Source: a virus. Taken from it: a stretch of DNA of 64,000 nucleotides. The stretch is taken from the IMG/VR virus record IMGVR_UViG_3300005573_000057, positions 32,001-96,000 of that record; one strand, 5' to 3'. Within the stretch, counting starts at the first letter, position 1, and every line of letters starts with the position of its first letter. Both the position numbers and the translations under genes were made by a program. The notes beneath the pieces were generated by a model that saw nothing but the letters and a program-made list of their open reading frames with translations, had not been told where the DNA came from and ran no database searches. Shown here piece by piece: positions 63,806 through 64,000 of the stretch.

Positions 63806-64000
63806 GTGAATTGCCCCGCCCTAAAGGACAGAGCTTCTAATTTCGACGGCACGAGCAAGGACAGAAGGGTTCTTCCCTCTGACTTGGCTAACAGTGCCTC
63901 GATTAGCAGTACCGGCGATTCCCGCCGCTATTATTCTTTGCGCTTCATTGCTGATGTTTTTGGCGGCATTTATGTCCCTATCATGCAGAGTGCCGCATTG
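63806..64000 (-). mobile_element. Right end of a second-family tnpB element (cut by the window edge)
   Basis: Terminal hairpin and TTCAC end shared with 7783-7831. Confidence 0.85.
63821..64000 (-). CDS. tnpB: TnpB C-terminus (partial)
   Basis: Hand translation QCGTLHDRDINAAKNI... (Zn ribbon end plus RuvC-III). Confidence 0.9.
   Translation of the reverse strand, partial: QCGTLHDRDINAAKNISNEAQRIIAAGIAGTANRGTVSQVRGKNPSVLARAVEIRSSVL

Overview
This window is a 64-kb segment of a large T4-like myophage genome; an outer-membrane beta-barrel gene suggests a Gram-negative host. It holds baseplate/tail genes (gp5, hub, gp53, gp48, gp54, gp26, gp51, tape measure, PAAR), head/packaging genes (gp2, gp4, gp16-like, gp23/24-like) and a rearranged replication module (gp61, gp43, gp44/62/45, gp32, gp41, UvsX, RNase H, RegA, gp33). 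It also carries nucleotide-metabolism and accessory genes (thyX, dNMP kinase, phoH, clpP, Mom-like, two RNA ligases, a complete prkA-yeaH-spoVR operon). Two systems stand out. (1) A dense set of IS200/IS605 RNA-guided nuclease elements: an intact IscB with omegaRNA, an intact TnpB, a second TnpB family cut by the right edge, and six non-autonomous derivatives. These include two stand-alone omegaRNA mini-elements and a TnpB shell whose nuclease is replaced by a cargo gene. The IscB-family copies sit at ATGAA gene starts and keep the downstream reading frame open. (2) Seven paralogous hexapeptide-repeat (beta-helix) genes plus two remnants, arranged as cassettes in which the gene's last codons and stop form the -35 region of a sigma70-type promoter for the next gene; unrelated genes have been captured behind the same leader. 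All product calls come from motif recognition by eye, with no database searches.
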